From contig JBCBJQ010000007.1 of NCBI GenBank assembly GCA_038523235.1, positions 1-64,000 on the forward strand: a stretch of 64,000 bases of DNA. The letters are read 5' to 3'. Shown in pieces: positions 40,436 to 51,086 of this stretch (its first letter is position 1; each line of letters begins with the position of its first letter). The notes beneath the pieces are model-generated. The model was not told the origin of the DNA and ran no database searches. It saw only the letters and a list, made by a program, of their open reading frames with translations. Position numbers and translations under genes: made by a program. The stretch comes from Cyanobacteria bacterium J06626_4 (lineage in GTDB: Bacteria; Cyanobacteriota; Cyanobacteriia; Phormidesmidales; Phormidesmidaceae).

Positions 40436-42199
40436 ATGCTGGATTTTAGAAACACGAATACGTTGTGGGCCTCCGTTTTAGTGGAGACGCTGGCGCGGCT
40501 GGGTTTGAAAACGGCGGTGATTTCACCAGGGTCACGCTCAACCCCCTTAACCATGGCCTTTGCCAGCCATCCTCAACTGCAAGCCATGCCGATTTTGGAT
40601 GAGCGATCGGCCAGCTTTTTTGCCCTTGGGGTCGCAAAGGCCAGTGATCAGCCGACAGTCTTGGTTTGCACCTCAGGTACAGCTGGGGCCAACTATTTTC
40701 CGGCTCTAATCGAAGCCTATGAGAGCGAAATTCCGCTGATTGTGTTGACCGCCGATCGCCCCCCTGAACTACGAGATTGTGCTTCAGGCCAAACCATTGA
40801 CCAGCAAAAGCTGTTTGGCCGCTACGTGCGTCGCTATCTAGAGGTGGCCCTGCCTGAGGCCACGGTTGAACAGCTCCGCTATTTGCGTCAGGTTACCGCT
40901 CACGCCTGGCAAAGCTGTTGCTGGCCGGTGCCGGGGCCAGTTCATCTCAATTTGTCTTTTCGCGACCCGCTAGCTCCCGTACCGACAGGGACCGCAGCAG
41001 ATCTAGCGGGGGTGATTGATGACCAGTTTTTTGACCATTTAGAGCTGCTGTCAGCACCCGCATTGCGGGCGCAGCAGGGGAGTGAACTGGAGCCGATCGC
41101 GCGCTCAAAACTTGGCCAAACTGAGCGTGGTTTAATCATTGCCGGGCCTGCTCACCCTGCAGATCCTCAGGCTTATTGCCGGGCGATCGCGACCCTATCA
41201 CAGCTTTTGGGGTGGCCAGTCTTGGCCGATGGTCTATCGCCTTTAAGAAACCATGCCAGCCTCAATCCCCATTTGATTACCAGCTATGACCTATTGCTCC
41301 GTCATGACCATCATGCTCAGGTCCTGGCGGCACAGCAGGTGCTGCAGCTCGGTGCCTTGCCCACCAGCAAGGTACTGCGCCAGTGGCTGCAGCAAACTGA
41401 TCCGCTGCGGTGGGTAATGGATACCCGCGATCGCAACAAAGATCCGCTGCATGGCCGGGCGATCGCAGTGTCTTGGTCGCTGTCAGCGCTGGTCGCTGCC
41501 TTGACCGCCTCACCCTTAGAACCACGCAGGGCGATTTCCTCCTATGGCAAAGCCTGGCGAGCGCGCGATGCAAGCGCTCAGCAGCGATTGGCCGTTCAGC
41601 TTGCCCCTTTGCCTGAGCTGTTTGAAGGTAAGCTGAGCTGGCAACTCCCCCAGCTATTGCCACCGGAGACGCCGTTGGTGATTGCTAACAGCATGCCCGT
41701 ACGCGACATTGAATGGTTTTTACCGTTGAATGATACGGGGCTGCGGCCCTATTTTAGTCGGGGGGCCAACGGCATTGATGGAACGCTGTCGACCGCCATG
41801 GGGGTCGCCCAAAATTTTGGCCGGGCAGTCTTGCTGACGGGCGATTTAGCATTTTTGCACGACAGCAATGGCTTGCTCAATGCCAGCCAGCGAGACTTTC
41901 ACTTGACGATTTTGCTGATTAACAATCAGGGGGGCGGCATTTTTGAGACCCTGCCGATCGCCGCATTTGAGCCACCGTTTGAGGCCTTTTTTGCCACGCC
42001 GCAAACGGTGAATTTTGCGGCGCTGGCCGCTGCCCATAATGTTGAATACGCTCGGGTTTCCTCCTGGCTGCTGTTGCAGGAACAGTTGGCAACTCTCCCA
42101 GACCAGGGCATTCGTCTGCTAGAGCTGCGGTGCGATCGCAAGTTCGATGCTCAGTTTCGCACCTCGCTGCTGACCGCGATCGGCAACTTCGAGATTTAA
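40436..42199 (+). CDS. menD: SEPHCHC synthase (menaquinone/phylloquinone pathway)
   Basis: SPGSRSTPL, DERSASFFALG, CTSGTA, TADRPPEL, RGANGIDG, GDLAFLHD..NNQGGGIF. Confidence 0.96.
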   Translation: MLDFRNTNTLWASVLVETLARLGLKTAVISPGSRSTPLTMAFASHPQLQAMPILDERSASFFALGVAKASDQPTVLVCTSGTAGANYFPALIEAYESEIPLIVLTADRPPELRDCASGQTIDQQKLFGRYVRRYLEVALPEATVEQLRYLRQVTAHAWQSCCWPVPGPVHLNLSFRDPLAPVPTGTAADLAGVIDDQFFDHLELLSAPALRAQQGSELEPIARSKLGQTERGLIIAGPAHPADPQAYCRAIATLSQLLGWPVLADGLSPLRNHASLNPHLITSYDLLLRHDHHAQVLAAQQVLQLGALPTSKVLRQWLQQTDPLRWVMDTRDRNKDPLHGRAIAVSWSLSALVAALTASPLEPRRAISSYGKAWRARDASAQQRLAVQLAPLPELFEGKLSWQLPQLLPPETPLVIANSMPVRDIEWFLPLNDTGLRPYFSRGANGIDGTLSTAMGVAQNFGRAVLLTGDLAFLHDSNGLLNASQRDFHLTILLINNQGGGIFETLPIAAFEPPFEAFFATPQTVNFAALAAAHNVEYARVSSWLLLQEQLATLPDQGIRLLELRCDRKFDAQFRTSLLTAIGNFEI

Positions 42200-42500
42200 G
42201 TTCAACGGTCGCTGGTTTGCAGTCTCGCTCTCGCTAATCCGCATCTCGTGAAATCACTCAAATATTGCCTGACTCCCCCTTATATTGTTGAGGGTGCGGC
42301 AAGCCGTTTATCCCTTTGATGATTGCCAGAGCCTGATGATTCTGGCCATGGCTATTAATCACGAGATGAAATGGCGACAATTTTGCCAACGCGGGTGCCC
42401 CAAGTGCCACCGATGCCGCCACCCCGCGTTTGGTCAACCTACAGGATTATCGAGAACCACGCCCCTCTGTTATCCCTTATGCCAGCGAATAGGAGACCCG

Positions 42501-42737
42501 ATGGATTTGACGAAGTTTGACCTTAAAGTGGTGCCCGGCTATGAAGATTGGCTCGCGGCTCAAGTGCGTCAACTCAGCATCGCCGCCCTCAAGACTTCAA
42601 CCCTCACCTGCAATGCCTGTGGTGAAGTGTCTGGTTCTTACATCATCGAATATGATGGCCAGCGGTTTCGGCTACCGGGCGAAGAGACGCTGGCGTTTTT
42701 GCAATTTGTCGTGACGGGCGATCGCGAGACTCCATAA
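42501..42737 (+). CDS. Small hypothetical protein with a CxxC motif
   Basis: AGGAG RBS before ATG at 42501; 78 aa containing LTCNACGE. Confidence 0.55.
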   Translation: MDLTKFDLKVVPGYEDWLAAQVRQLSIAALKTSTLTCNACGEVSGSYIIEYDGQRFRLPGEETLAFLQFVVTGDRETP

Positions 42738-43129
42738 GGCCAAACATCCGAGTCGCGATCGCCTCAGCATCATAGAGGCCTCTGGTCAGAACCCTTGTCA
42801 GGGCGATTTCATTAGATGATTGACCGAAATCGCGAACCAATCAGTGAGCACATCTTACGTTTTGCCAATGGCTCACGCTGTAAGAAGGACATTAGCTGTG
42901 CAGCACTAACTTGATACAACAATCGTGCTCCTGAGATTATCAGGGTGTCTAGAGAGCGATCGCCCCTCAAATGCTCTTTAGTTATGAGCAGCAATGTCCT
43001 GGTTAGATCGGCGACTGCACCAAAGTTGGAAGGCTTGGATAAATCTGCATTGAGCCGCTCTCGTTCTTGGCAAAAACCCTTGAAGGAGCCTAGATAGAAT
43101 AGAACTAGGGTTCTCATAGGTAAAGAGGA

Positions 43130-43351
43130 ATGTGGCAAGACGAGTTGATCATTAGCACTTCACCCGAGATTATGAGCGGCACCCCTGTCTTTGCTGGCAC
43201 CCGGGTGCCGATCGCAACTTTTTTTGAGTATCTCAAAGCCGGTGAGTCGGTTGATGATTTTCTAGATGGCTTTCCTACCGTCAAACGAGAGACGGTAGTT
43301 AGCTTGCTAGAAGAGGCGGGTAGACGGCTATTGACTGATACTGCCGCCTGA
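43130..43351 (+). CDS. DUF433 antitoxin-like protein
   Basis: PEIMSGTPVFAGTRVPI..GESVDDFLDGFPTV. Confidence 0.9.
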   Translation: MWQDELIISTSPEIMSGTPVFAGTRVPIATFFEYLKAGESVDDFLDGFPTVKRETVVSLLEEAGRRLLTDTAA

Positions 43352-43353
43352 GC

Positions 43354-43671
43354 ATGAAAATCATTCTGGATGAATGTATTGATCGCAGGCTCGCAAAAGA
43401 GTTCGTCGGTTACGACATCAGCACTGTGCCCAAGATCGGGTGGGCTGGTATCAAGAACGGTCAACTACTGGCACGAGTGTCTGGGGCGTTTGATGCCTTC
43501 ATCACGGTTGACCGGAATTTACCCTTTGAACAGAATTTGCCACAGTTCGACGTGGCCATTATCGTTGTGCAGGCTCGATCAAATCGTTTGGCAGATCTCA
43601 AACCGCTAATGCCCAAGGTTTTAGCAGCGTTAGCGATCGCTCCTAAAGGCACAGCCACATTGATTAGCTGA
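43354..43671 (+). CDS. DUF5615 PIN-like toxin
   Basis: MKIILDEC, GWAGIKNGQLL, FITVDRNL..EQNL; starts 3 bp after the DUF433 gene. Confidence 0.88.
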   Translation: MKIILDECIDRRLAKEFVGYDISTVPKIGWAGIKNGQLLARVSGAFDAFITVDRNLPFEQNLPQFDVAIIVVQARSNRLADLKPLMPKVLAALAIAPKGTATLIS

Positions 43672-43727
43672 CACCTGCGCATCACTGACATAACACCTGT
43701 TCTCGTTGCCTAAAACTAGCGGCTTAG

Positions 43728-43762
43728 AGGCGATCGCTCACCAGAGCGGTGAGCGATCGCCT
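43728..43762. repeat. Perfect 15-bp inverted repeat containing two HIP1 sites
   Basis: AGGCGATCGCTCACC-AGAGC-GGTGAGCGATCGCCT. Confidence 0.8.
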
Positions 43763-43774
43763 GATGTGCTCGCC

Positions 43775-44065
43775 CCGTGAAAGACCAAGATGCGGCTCTC
43801 CACCCTGATGGAGTGGTGGGCACCTTTTAGCATTCAGCCGTTCTATAGCGATCACTGGGAAGCTAACTCACGACAACCCACTCCTCCGCAGCATACAGTC
43901 GGCAAAACGCATCCCCGGCGACCGGCACGCCAGCAACGCCACACACACAAACCCCTTGGTTTCGCCAAGTCGGTTTTGAGGCCTGACACGGTCATCGGAT
44001 TGTTAATCGCTACGAATGAAGACGGGCAAGATGACAGCCAGCTGCCACTGGTCTAAAGCATTACC
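43775..44065 (+). mobile_element. Degenerate IS1-family 3' remnant (InsB fragment plus right inverted repeat)
   Basis: PFSIQPFYSDHWEA..QHTVGK..GFAKS..DTVIGLLI resembles the IS1 InsB C-terminus; ends in GCATTACC (GGTAATG on the other strand), an IS1-type terminus; left boundary approximate. Confidence 0.7.
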
Positions 44066-44096
44066 CCCATGTGGAAACCTCTCAGTTAGAGAGCAT

Positions 44097-44132
44097 GAGA
44101 GCGACTGCCGGAGAGCGACTGCCGGAGAGCGA
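44097..44132. repeat. 14-bp tandem repeat, 2.5 copies
   Basis: GAGAGCGACTGCCG twice plus GAGAGCGA, abutting the nblB stop. Confidence 0.85.
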
Positions 44133-44786
44133 TTACAGGAGGCTTTCGAGAGTGGCTCCCACCACCTGCAGGTCATCGTCTTGCCGCAGTTCTGCTAATG
44201 CCGCTCGGGCTGCTGGCCCGTCAAAGCCAGGCAGCACTCTTGCGGCTTGTGCTCGCAGCATCGGGGCGTCAGCGACGGCAGCCTCAAGGATGAGCGCTAA
44301 GGCCTCGGTGGCTTGGGGGGTGTCTTGAAGCCGACCCAAGTTGGCGATCGCGTTGTGCTGCACGACGATATCAGTGCCCTGCCAGCCCCAGCGACAGAGC
44401 TGTAACCTAATTTCTGGCGACACCTCTTCTAAAGCAGCAAAGATGCTTTGCCGCACCAGCCAGTGAGAATTGTGCTCGAATAATTTCGTTAGATGAGGGA
44501 TGGCGCGATCGCCATACTTTTCGAGCGAATTAGCCGCTTCGGCCACGACATTGGGGTCGCGGTCATGCTGAATCAGATTCAATAGGGCGGCAAACCCCGC
44601 CTCGGTTTGCTTATAGCCCAATCCCATGGCCACAAATGAGCGCACCACAAACTCTTTGTCATGCAGATGCTCAGTCAGCAGCGGCACCACGTCCTGAGGC
44701 TCGTGTTTCCGCAGCTCTACAAGTGCCTTCAGCCGATCCTGGGGATCGGCGCTGGCCAAAAAAGATTCAATTTGATGTAGTTCCAT
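44133..44786 (-). CDS. nblB: PBS-lyase HEAT-repeat protein, NblB-like
   Basis: HEAT repeats; VRSFVAMGLG, DRDPNVVAEAANSL, HWLVRQSI; divergent from cpcBA. Confidence 0.75.
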   Translation of the reverse strand: MELHQIESFLASADPQDRLKALVELRKHEPQDVVPLLTEHLHDKEFVVRSFVAMGLGYKQTEAGFAALLNLIQHDRDPNVVAEAANSLEKYGDRAIPHLTKLFEHNSHWLVRQSIFAALEEVSPEIRLQLCRWGWQGTDIVVQHNAIANLGRLQDTPQATEALALILEAAVADAPMLRAQAARVLPGFDGPAARAALAELRQDDDLQVVGATLESLL

Positions 44787-44822
44787 GCAGCGATAACCAG
44801 AATGCAGCTGTCTCTATTGTAG

Positions 44823-44840
44823 TTTACATTTCTTCACAAA
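44823..44840. promoter_or_regulatory. HLR1-like (RpaB) direct repeat upstream of the nblB-like gene
   Basis: TTTACATT-TC-TTCACAAA, one mismatch to (G/T)TTACA(T/A)(T/A)-N2 repeat. Confidence 0.45.
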
Positions 44841-45783
44841 ATAACAAGGGCGGCCTCACTTGTTGGATTTAAGCAATGAGTCAGGTCGATTTTGCCGAAT
44901 TTTGCTGGCGTTCTGAGCTGGGAACGCTCTCTGGATGCATGTGTGACGCCGCGCCAGCGAACCATCCCCCGACTGGTCAGAAGGGGGAGCGTGAAGGTAA
45001 AAACTGGATGTCGGATGATTGCCAACGTCCACTCCTAGTTGATGTTCACGCGGTTCTATAGTCCCGAGTGATCAGAACGCCATCTGTCGGTCGAAGGGCG
45101 CGATGCCCAATCTCCCTCTCTAGAACAGCCAATTTGAGAGAACAGCCAATTCGCGGTCAGGGCAGCCCTACCCAATCCTGACCGCGATCGCGAGGCGACT
45201 TTCAAGCAACGGGGCATGATGCGATTACCCCATGCCCAACCATGAAAACTGCAGGGTATCGTCCGCACAGCGACGCCCAAAATTCCGGCTATTTATTAGA
45301 AACTCAGCCGCCACCCGACCGGCTCTCAGAAAACTTCGCAGTGGGGCAAATCGCCAAGGGAGCTCCGCTGCCGATCAATCAAACGCCGCACTTCTTCATC
45401 TTTTGTTGCATTCTTATGCCAAGCCGTATTTTTGGGCGATCGTCCAAACCCTTTCCAGCATGGGATTTCAGGGCAAGGCCGATTAGTTGACAATTCGTAA
45501 TAGCAAATCGATTCAACGGCATAGTATAAACAAGAAAGTTCAAGAGGTTGGGTACCGGATGTATTTCTGGCTGGGGCTTTGTCTCCCAGATCCAACTTCT
45601 TTGTTTAAGAAAGGTAAACGTTTCTAAGCTTCCGATTCTTAGGAGTGTTAAAAAAAGTCTCGTTGGTGTCTTTAGGGCTGCAGCCCGCTGATGATGGCTT
45701 GTCTCGTAGCCCGAGATCATTCCAAGTGTGGATGATTAGTCACACCTTAAAATCCTTCTACAAACTCTAAGGAGATTGAGTTA

Positions 45784-46302
45784 ATGTTTGACGCTTTTGC
45801 AAAAGTGGTCTCCCAGGCTGACGCTCGAGGTGCATACCTCAGCACTGATCAAATTGATGCTTTAAGTGCGATGGTTGCCGATGGCAACAAGCGGATGGAT
45901 TCTGTGAATCGCATCACTAGCAACTCTTCGGCGATTGTGGCTAGTGCTGCACGTGAGTTGTTTGCTGAGCAGCCTCAGTTGATTGCTCCGGGTGGTAACG
46001 CTTACACCAGCCGCCGCATGGCTGCTTGCTTGCGCGATATGGACATCATCTTGCGCTACATCACCTACGCGGTTTTCTCTGGTGATGCCAGTGTCTTGAA
46101 TGATCGCTGCCTGAATGGCCTGCGGGAAACTTATGTCGCTCTAGGCACTCCCGGCACCTCTGTGGCAGTTGGTGTAGAGAAGATGAAAGCAGCTGCGATC
46201 GGAATCGTCAACGATTCTGCGGGTATTACCCAAGGTGATTGCTCCAGCTTGGTTTCTGAAATCGGCTCCTACTTCGATACAGCTGCTGCTGCGGTTGCTT
46301 AG
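45784..46302 (+). CDS. cpcB: C-phycocyanin beta subunit
   Basis: [33 protein letters not shown], second chromophore Cys in QGDCSSL; AAGGAG RBS. Confidence 0.97.
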   Translation: MFDAFAKVVSQADARGAYLSTDQIDALSAMVADGNKRMDSVNRITSNSSAIVASAARELFAEQPQLIAPGGNAYTSRRMAACLRDMDIILRYITYAVFSGDASVLNDRCLNGLRETYVALGTPGTSVAVGVEKMKAAAIGIVNDSAGITQGDCSSLVSEIGSYFDTAAAAVA

Positions 46303-46388
46303 TTCCTTAGCTACTTCGTTCCTACTCTCGGAGTGGTTAGGCATTGCCTGCCGCCCTCTGAGTCCACTTCTATCTGGAGATTTTGACT

Positions 46389-46877
46389 ATGAAAACCCCT
46401 TTGACCGAAGCTGTCGCTGCTGCTGATTCGCAGGGCCGCTACCTAAGTTCCACTGAGATTCAGTCTGCCTTTGGTCGTTTTCGTCAGGCGGATGCGAGCT
46501 TAGCTGCTGCTAAAGCGCTGACTGAGAAAGCGTCTAGCTTGGCTTCTGGTGCGGCTCAAGCGGTGTACAACAAGTTCCCTTACACCACCCAAATGCAGGG
46601 TCCTAACTACGCAGCTGACCAGCGTGGTAAAGACAAGTGTGTGCGTGACATCGGTTACTACCTCCGCATGGTCACCTACTGCTGCGTCGTCGGCGGCACT
46701 GGCCCCATGGATGAGTATTTGATTGCCGGTATTGCTGAAATCAACTCGACCTTTGAGTTGTCTCCCAGCTGGTACATCGAAGCCCTCAAGCACATCAAGG
46801 CTAACCACGGTTTGAGTGGTGATCCGGCAGTTGAGGCTAACTCTTACCTCGACTATGCAATCAACGCGCTGAGCTAG
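46389..46877 (+). CDS. cpcA: C-phycocyanin alpha subunit
   Basis: [41 protein letters not shown]. Confidence 0.97.
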   Translation: MKTPLTEAVAAADSQGRYLSSTEIQSAFGRFRQADASLAAAKALTEKASSLASGAAQAVYNKFPYTTQMQGPNYAADQRGKDKCVRDIGYYLRMVTYCCVVGGTGPMDEYLIAGIAEINSTFELSPSWYIEALKHIKANHGLSGDPAVEANSYLDYAINALS

Positions 46878-46917
46878 TTCGCTTGCTCAATCTTTAGTGC
46901 TTGATTAAGCAGCCTCT

Positions 46918-46982
46918 GTCCCTGAGAGATATACAGCCACTGACTGCGGTTAGGCGTTGTTTATGTCTCAGGGATTTGTTTT
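46918..46982 (+). terminator. Long stem-loop after cpcA (terminator or 3' stabiliser)
   Basis: TCCCTGAGA..TCTCAGGGA stem followed by a T-rich tract. Confidence 0.6.
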
Positions 46983-47067
46983 GTCTATCGGTTGCTCGTA
47001 GCCAGACCGGTCTGGTCAGACTGATAGGGTGATAGATACAGGGGACGATGACTGGGAGGGCTTCTCG

Positions 47068-47895
47068 ATGAGTGATCTGCCGGATATCCGGGATGAGAGT
47101 CAGTTAACGATTGAAACCGCGATCGCTAATCTCCAAGGTGAAGACCTGGGATTGCGAGTCTATGCGGCATGGTGGTTGGGGCGATTTCGCGTCAATACGG
47201 ACTCAGCCATTCAAGTTTTGATTGCTGCCCTGTTGGACGAGGACGATCGCACCGAGGCGGGGGGCTATCCGCTCCGTCGGAATGCGGCCAGAGCTTTAGG
47301 GAAATTGGATGATCGGCAAGCCGTAGCCCCCCTCATTCAGGTCTTGTCCTGCACCGATTTTTATGTGCGAGAAGCGGCCGCTAAAGCCCTGGAAAGTTTG
47401 GGCGACCCGGCGGCGATTCCTCGACTGTTGGGCTTGTTGCGTGGTGAGATCGCCGGAACCTTACCCGCGCTCGAACCCCCGCAGCTAGAGCAACCTTTTG
47501 ACGCGCTGATTGAGGCCCTGGGGACCTTGGCTGCCGTTGAGGCCATTCCCGATATTCAACCATTTCTCGATCATCCCGTGCCTCGCGTGCAGTACGCGAC
47601 AGCCCGCGCCTTATACCAGCTAACGCCCGAGCCAGAAATCGCCCGTCAGTATGGAGAACAGCTAATCGAAGCCCTCTCCCATCAGGATTTGCAGCTCCGC
47701 CGGACGGTCTTGACCGATTTGGGGGCGATCGGTTATTTGCCTGCTGCTGAGGCCATTGCCGAAACCCTCGCCGAAAACAGCCTCAAACTCATTGCCCTCA
47801 AAGGATTGTTGGAGCGAGAGTTGGCTGGAGCCCCAGGGCCAGATTTGTCAGCCGGGGCCAAGAGGGTGATGGCGCTGATGGATGCTTTGCTGTAG
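47068..47895 (+). CDS. cpcE: Phycocyanin alpha-84 phycocyanobilin lyase subunit E
   Basis: YAAWWLG, EDDRTEAGGYPLRRNAARALG, ENSLKLIALKG, C-terminal LMDALL. Confidence 0.93.
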   Translation: MSDLPDIRDESQLTIETAIANLQGEDLGLRVYAAWWLGRFRVNTDSAIQVLIAALLDEDDRTEAGGYPLRRNAARALGKLDDRQAVAPLIQVLSCTDFYVREAAAKALESLGDPAAIPRLLGLLRGEIAGTLPALEPPQLEQPFDALIEALGTLAAVEAIPDIQPFLDHPVPRVQYATARALYQLTPEPEIARQYGEQLIEALSHQDLQLRRTVLTDLGAIGYLPAAEAIAETLAENSLKLIALKGLLERELAGAPGPDLSAGAKRVMALMDALL

Positions 47896-48127
47896 GCTCA
47901 TCGCGACCCGGCAGCCGCCCCTTGGAAAATTTTTGGCGGTCAATTCCCGACGCTGGCAATCAATTCCCGCTAGGGTGAAAGGCTGTAGAGAGCGGTTGGT
48001 TGTTAATTTTTTTGTGACAAATGCTTGATGAGTGAAGCAATGCAACGAATCGCGCGAGAATGTTAACAGTCAAAGCTGGGCTTGAAATGCTCTCTTGCCT
48101 GCTCCAGAACCTAGCATCCTAATCCTC

Positions 48128-48943
48128 ATGTCTGACGTGCTTGCTCCTTTCCTTGACGCGATCGAAAAGGCAGATTCTGCCACTTCGCTTTCCGATGCAG
48201 TTCAGGACTTGGCAGACGCGGGTCTGGTTGAGTCAATTCCGCACTTGATAGAAGCCTTGAGTTACAACAACCCTGGGGCCGCTGTGGCCGCTGTCAATGG
48301 GTTGGTAACGCTCGGCACCCCCGCCGTCTCACCGCTGTTAGAACAGCTTGATCTCAACAATTACACGGCGCGCGCTTGGGCGATTCGAGCCTTGGCAAGC
48401 ATTGGTGACCCCCGGGGCCTACTCACCCTCTTGGGCGCTGCGACAGCTGATATCTCGATGAGTGTCCGGCGGGCAGCGGCACGGGGGTTGGGCAATATGC
48501 AGTGGCCGCAGTTCCCCCCTCAACTGTTAGAAATTGCCCAAACTGAAGCCTTAGAAGCGCTGCTGTTTGTAGCGCAGCAAGACGAAGAATGGATCGTGCG
48601 GTATGCCGCTGTGGTGGGGCTAGAAGCGCTGGCTCTAGCGACCCAACCAGGGAGTGGCCTGCGGCGATCGCAAATCCAACAGCAGCTTGCAGGCATGACC
48701 AGTGAGGAAGCCAGTGTGTCCGTCAAGGCGCGCGTCTGGCAAGCCCAGCAGTATCTCAAAGAAGCGATTCCGCAGGCGGAAGCTGCCCTCCGGGTCGAGC
48801 AGTCATCGCTCACCTCAACCGATTGGGAGCAGATCCTAACCCGCTTATATAACCGCAAGCGAAAAGAAAGAACCGTGCTATTCGAAGGGGATCCGCAGCA
48901 CTATCGAGAGCTATTGAGTGTCGGCCCCCTGCAGGAGCCTTAA
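48128..48943 (+). CDS. cpcF: Phycocyanin alpha-84 phycocyanobilin lyase subunit F, with C-terminal extension
   Basis: LSYNNPGAAVAAV, YTARAWAIRALA, SVRRAAARGLG, EWIVRYAAVVGL. Confidence 0.92.
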   Translation: MSDVLAPFLDAIEKADSATSLSDAVQDLADAGLVESIPHLIEALSYNNPGAAVAAVNGLVTLGTPAVSPLLEQLDLNNYTARAWAIRALASIGDPRGLLTLLGAATADISMSVRRAAARGLGNMQWPQFPPQLLEIAQTEALEALLFVAQQDEEWIVRYAAVVGLEALALATQPGSGLRRSQIQQQLAGMTSEEASVSVKARVWQAQQYLKEAIPQAEAALRVEQSSLTSTDWEQILTRLYNRKRKERTVLFEGDPQHYRELLSVGPLQEP

Positions 48944-49187
48944 GGGATACGTTTGAAAATAAAGTCCCTGCGAGACGAGTTTCAACTCCGCTCAACTCTC
49001 GAGATACGTAAGTTGAACGGAGTCGTATGCCCTGCAGGCAGGCTGCGCTCACGCGGCGTGTCTCCTGCGGAGAAAACCGAATTTATCAGTATGTTAGTTA
49101 AGCGCGATTCTCTAAACGTCATCCGCACGCTGGCAAAACTCGCCAGCGTGCGGATGAACGCTAGGCCGCTGAGGATGACGAGTAGGG

Positions 49188-50390
49188 TTAAGCCTGCTCA
49201 GGGCTGAGCAAGATCAGATTTTGCCGCTGCAGCGATCGCACATCATCGAGCGTACTTTCCACAGTCTCTAACAACTCGCCCACGGTCTGGCCGCCGTTCG
49301 CTTGGCCACAGGCAACTAAAAACTGCCACGGCGATTGTTCCAACTTGATCAGTTGATAATCTTGATTAAAAAAGTGGGGGCTGTCTTGCCAGTTTTCTAA
49401 GCAGGGGCTGGGTTCTGGAATCGCACTGAGCAGAGCATCGTCATCTTCCCAGGTTTGTTTTACTAGCGGCGGGCGGGCCAGGAAAAACTCGTAATGAGTA
49501 ATCGCGGAAGGATCGAGAAGTTCAATCAGGCGATAGCGTTGGCGATCGCTCAGGCCTTTGGCCCGTTCCAGCAAATCTGGTGCAGTGCCCACTAAGCGCT
49601 CTAAATCCCACACCTGGGGATTCGACAACCCGACAAATTCCAGGCGCGAGGCGTCAATCAGCTCAAAAACGGTATTGATGTTGTAGTCAATTTCTTGGGG
49701 ATGCACGTACATGTCGGCAAAGCATTCATCGCGCTGATTTTCCCAAGACCAGCGTTCTTTTTCTCGCTGCCGCAGTCGATTGTTTTCTGGCAAGGCAGCA
49801 AAGATCTGTCGGCCTACCGCCACCCCATCAGGATAGTCACCTCGGCGATCGCCCTGCAAAAGCGCGATCGCCTCCTGCATGAGCTTGATTTCCCAGCGAC
49901 CCAGTTCGCCATACACAAACACATGCAGCAAACCGCCGGGGGCCAGCTTTTGCGCTAACGCCTGAATGCCGCCGATCGGATCAGGCGTATGGTGTAACAC
50001 GCCCACGCAATTAATCAGGTCAAACTCGCCGGGCAACTGATCGACATCAAACAGGCTCAGGTGATGAAATTCAACGCCCGTCGCCCCTGACTTCTGACAG
50101 CGCTCTCGGGCCACAGCTAAAGCGCCCGCACTCAGATCAATGCCAGTCACCGTGGCCTCTGGATTGAGATGCACTAAATATTCCGTCCCCACGCCCGTGC
50201 CGCAGCCCGCATCTAAAATTCGCGCCTGAGGACTCGCAGGCTTTTGTCCGGTGCAAAAGGCATAGGCAGTCAACCAATTCCAGCGCCAGTTATAGCCGGG
50301 GGGTGCCTCATCTAATAAGGGTTCTGGCGGAAACGGGTAGGTATCGTAGAGTTTGGCCACCGCTGCGCTAATCTTTTGAGACTCTGACAT
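49188..50390 (-). CDS. Class I SAM-dependent methyltransferase (conserved cyanobacterial)
   Basis: LYDTYPFPP, ILDAGCGTG, GVLHH, FADMYVHPQE. Confidence 0.88.
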   Translation of the reverse strand: MSESQKISAAVAKLYDTYPFPPEPLLDEAPPGYNWRWNWLTAYAFCTGQKPASPQARILDAGCGTGVGTEYLVHLNPEATVTGIDLSAGALAVARERCQKSGATGVEFHHLSLFDVDQLPGEFDLINCVGVLHHTPDPIGGIQALAQKLAPGGLLHVFVYGELGRWEIKLMQEAIALLQGDRRGDYPDGVAVGRQIFAALPENNRLRQREKERWSWENQRDECFADMYVHPQEIDYNINTVFELIDASRLEFVGLSNPQVWDLERLVGTAPDLLERAKGLSDRQRYRLIELLDPSAITHYEFFLARPPLVKQTWEDDDALLSAIPEPSPCLENWQDSPHFFNQDYQLIKLEQSPWQFLVACGQANGGQTVGELLETVESTLDDVRSLQRQNLILLSPEQA

Positions 50391-51086
50391 AAATTAGAAG
50401 TGTCGTAGTTTATCGAGATTTAGGTGATTCAGCCACTCAACTCAGACGCACGGTCATTAGGCATCGGGCTTTGAACGTTGATCTCATTACCGCCTGGAAA
50501 ATGAGACGTCATCCTCATAAAACCATGATTAACCGGCGCAAAGAACTCGCAGCCATCTGAGAAATCAAGGCGAGTAGTGGCGGGTTTCCCTCTGTTCAGC
50601 GAGCTGAGCCGTTAAGGCAAATGGCCCACCACACTCGTCAATGGTCGGCTTTATTGAGAACCTCACCCGGTCAGTGGCAAAGAATCTTATCAGATCGGCG
50701 CTACGGGCCGGATGACCTCCAAGCGATAGGAATTATCTTGAGCCCCGTTTGGTTCACCATCGGCGATAGAGTCAGCGTTCTGCTCACGTCTAGCGAAACG
50801 GCAGTGCCCTCAGGTGCGCCTCCCGGTAGAGTCAGCAGTGCGATTAAACATGTGAGCTGATTTCCCTGACGCGCAGTCGCTCCAAGAAAGATTAAGAGGC
50901 CTTCCTAAACATGAATTTCGAGTAGGCTGGGTCAGCCCCCCGACAATCGCTTAAAGCACCCAACGAGAGAGGCATCTGTCCCACCGCTCTCAATTAGACC
51001 CCCGGGCCTCATGGCGAGGGCTGCGCCGGCATCACGGGCCATTTCCCTGAAAAGCCATCTAAGAAAAGTCAGCAAGATGCGTGGCG

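Noticed and set aside
44097..44132. Mini-CRISPR
   Set aside because: Head-to-tail 14-mers with no spacers.
50560..50650. Cobalamin riboswitch (minus-strand AGGGAA..GCCAC)
   Set aside because: The B12-box (AGYCAGRAGACC) and the expected spacing are absent.
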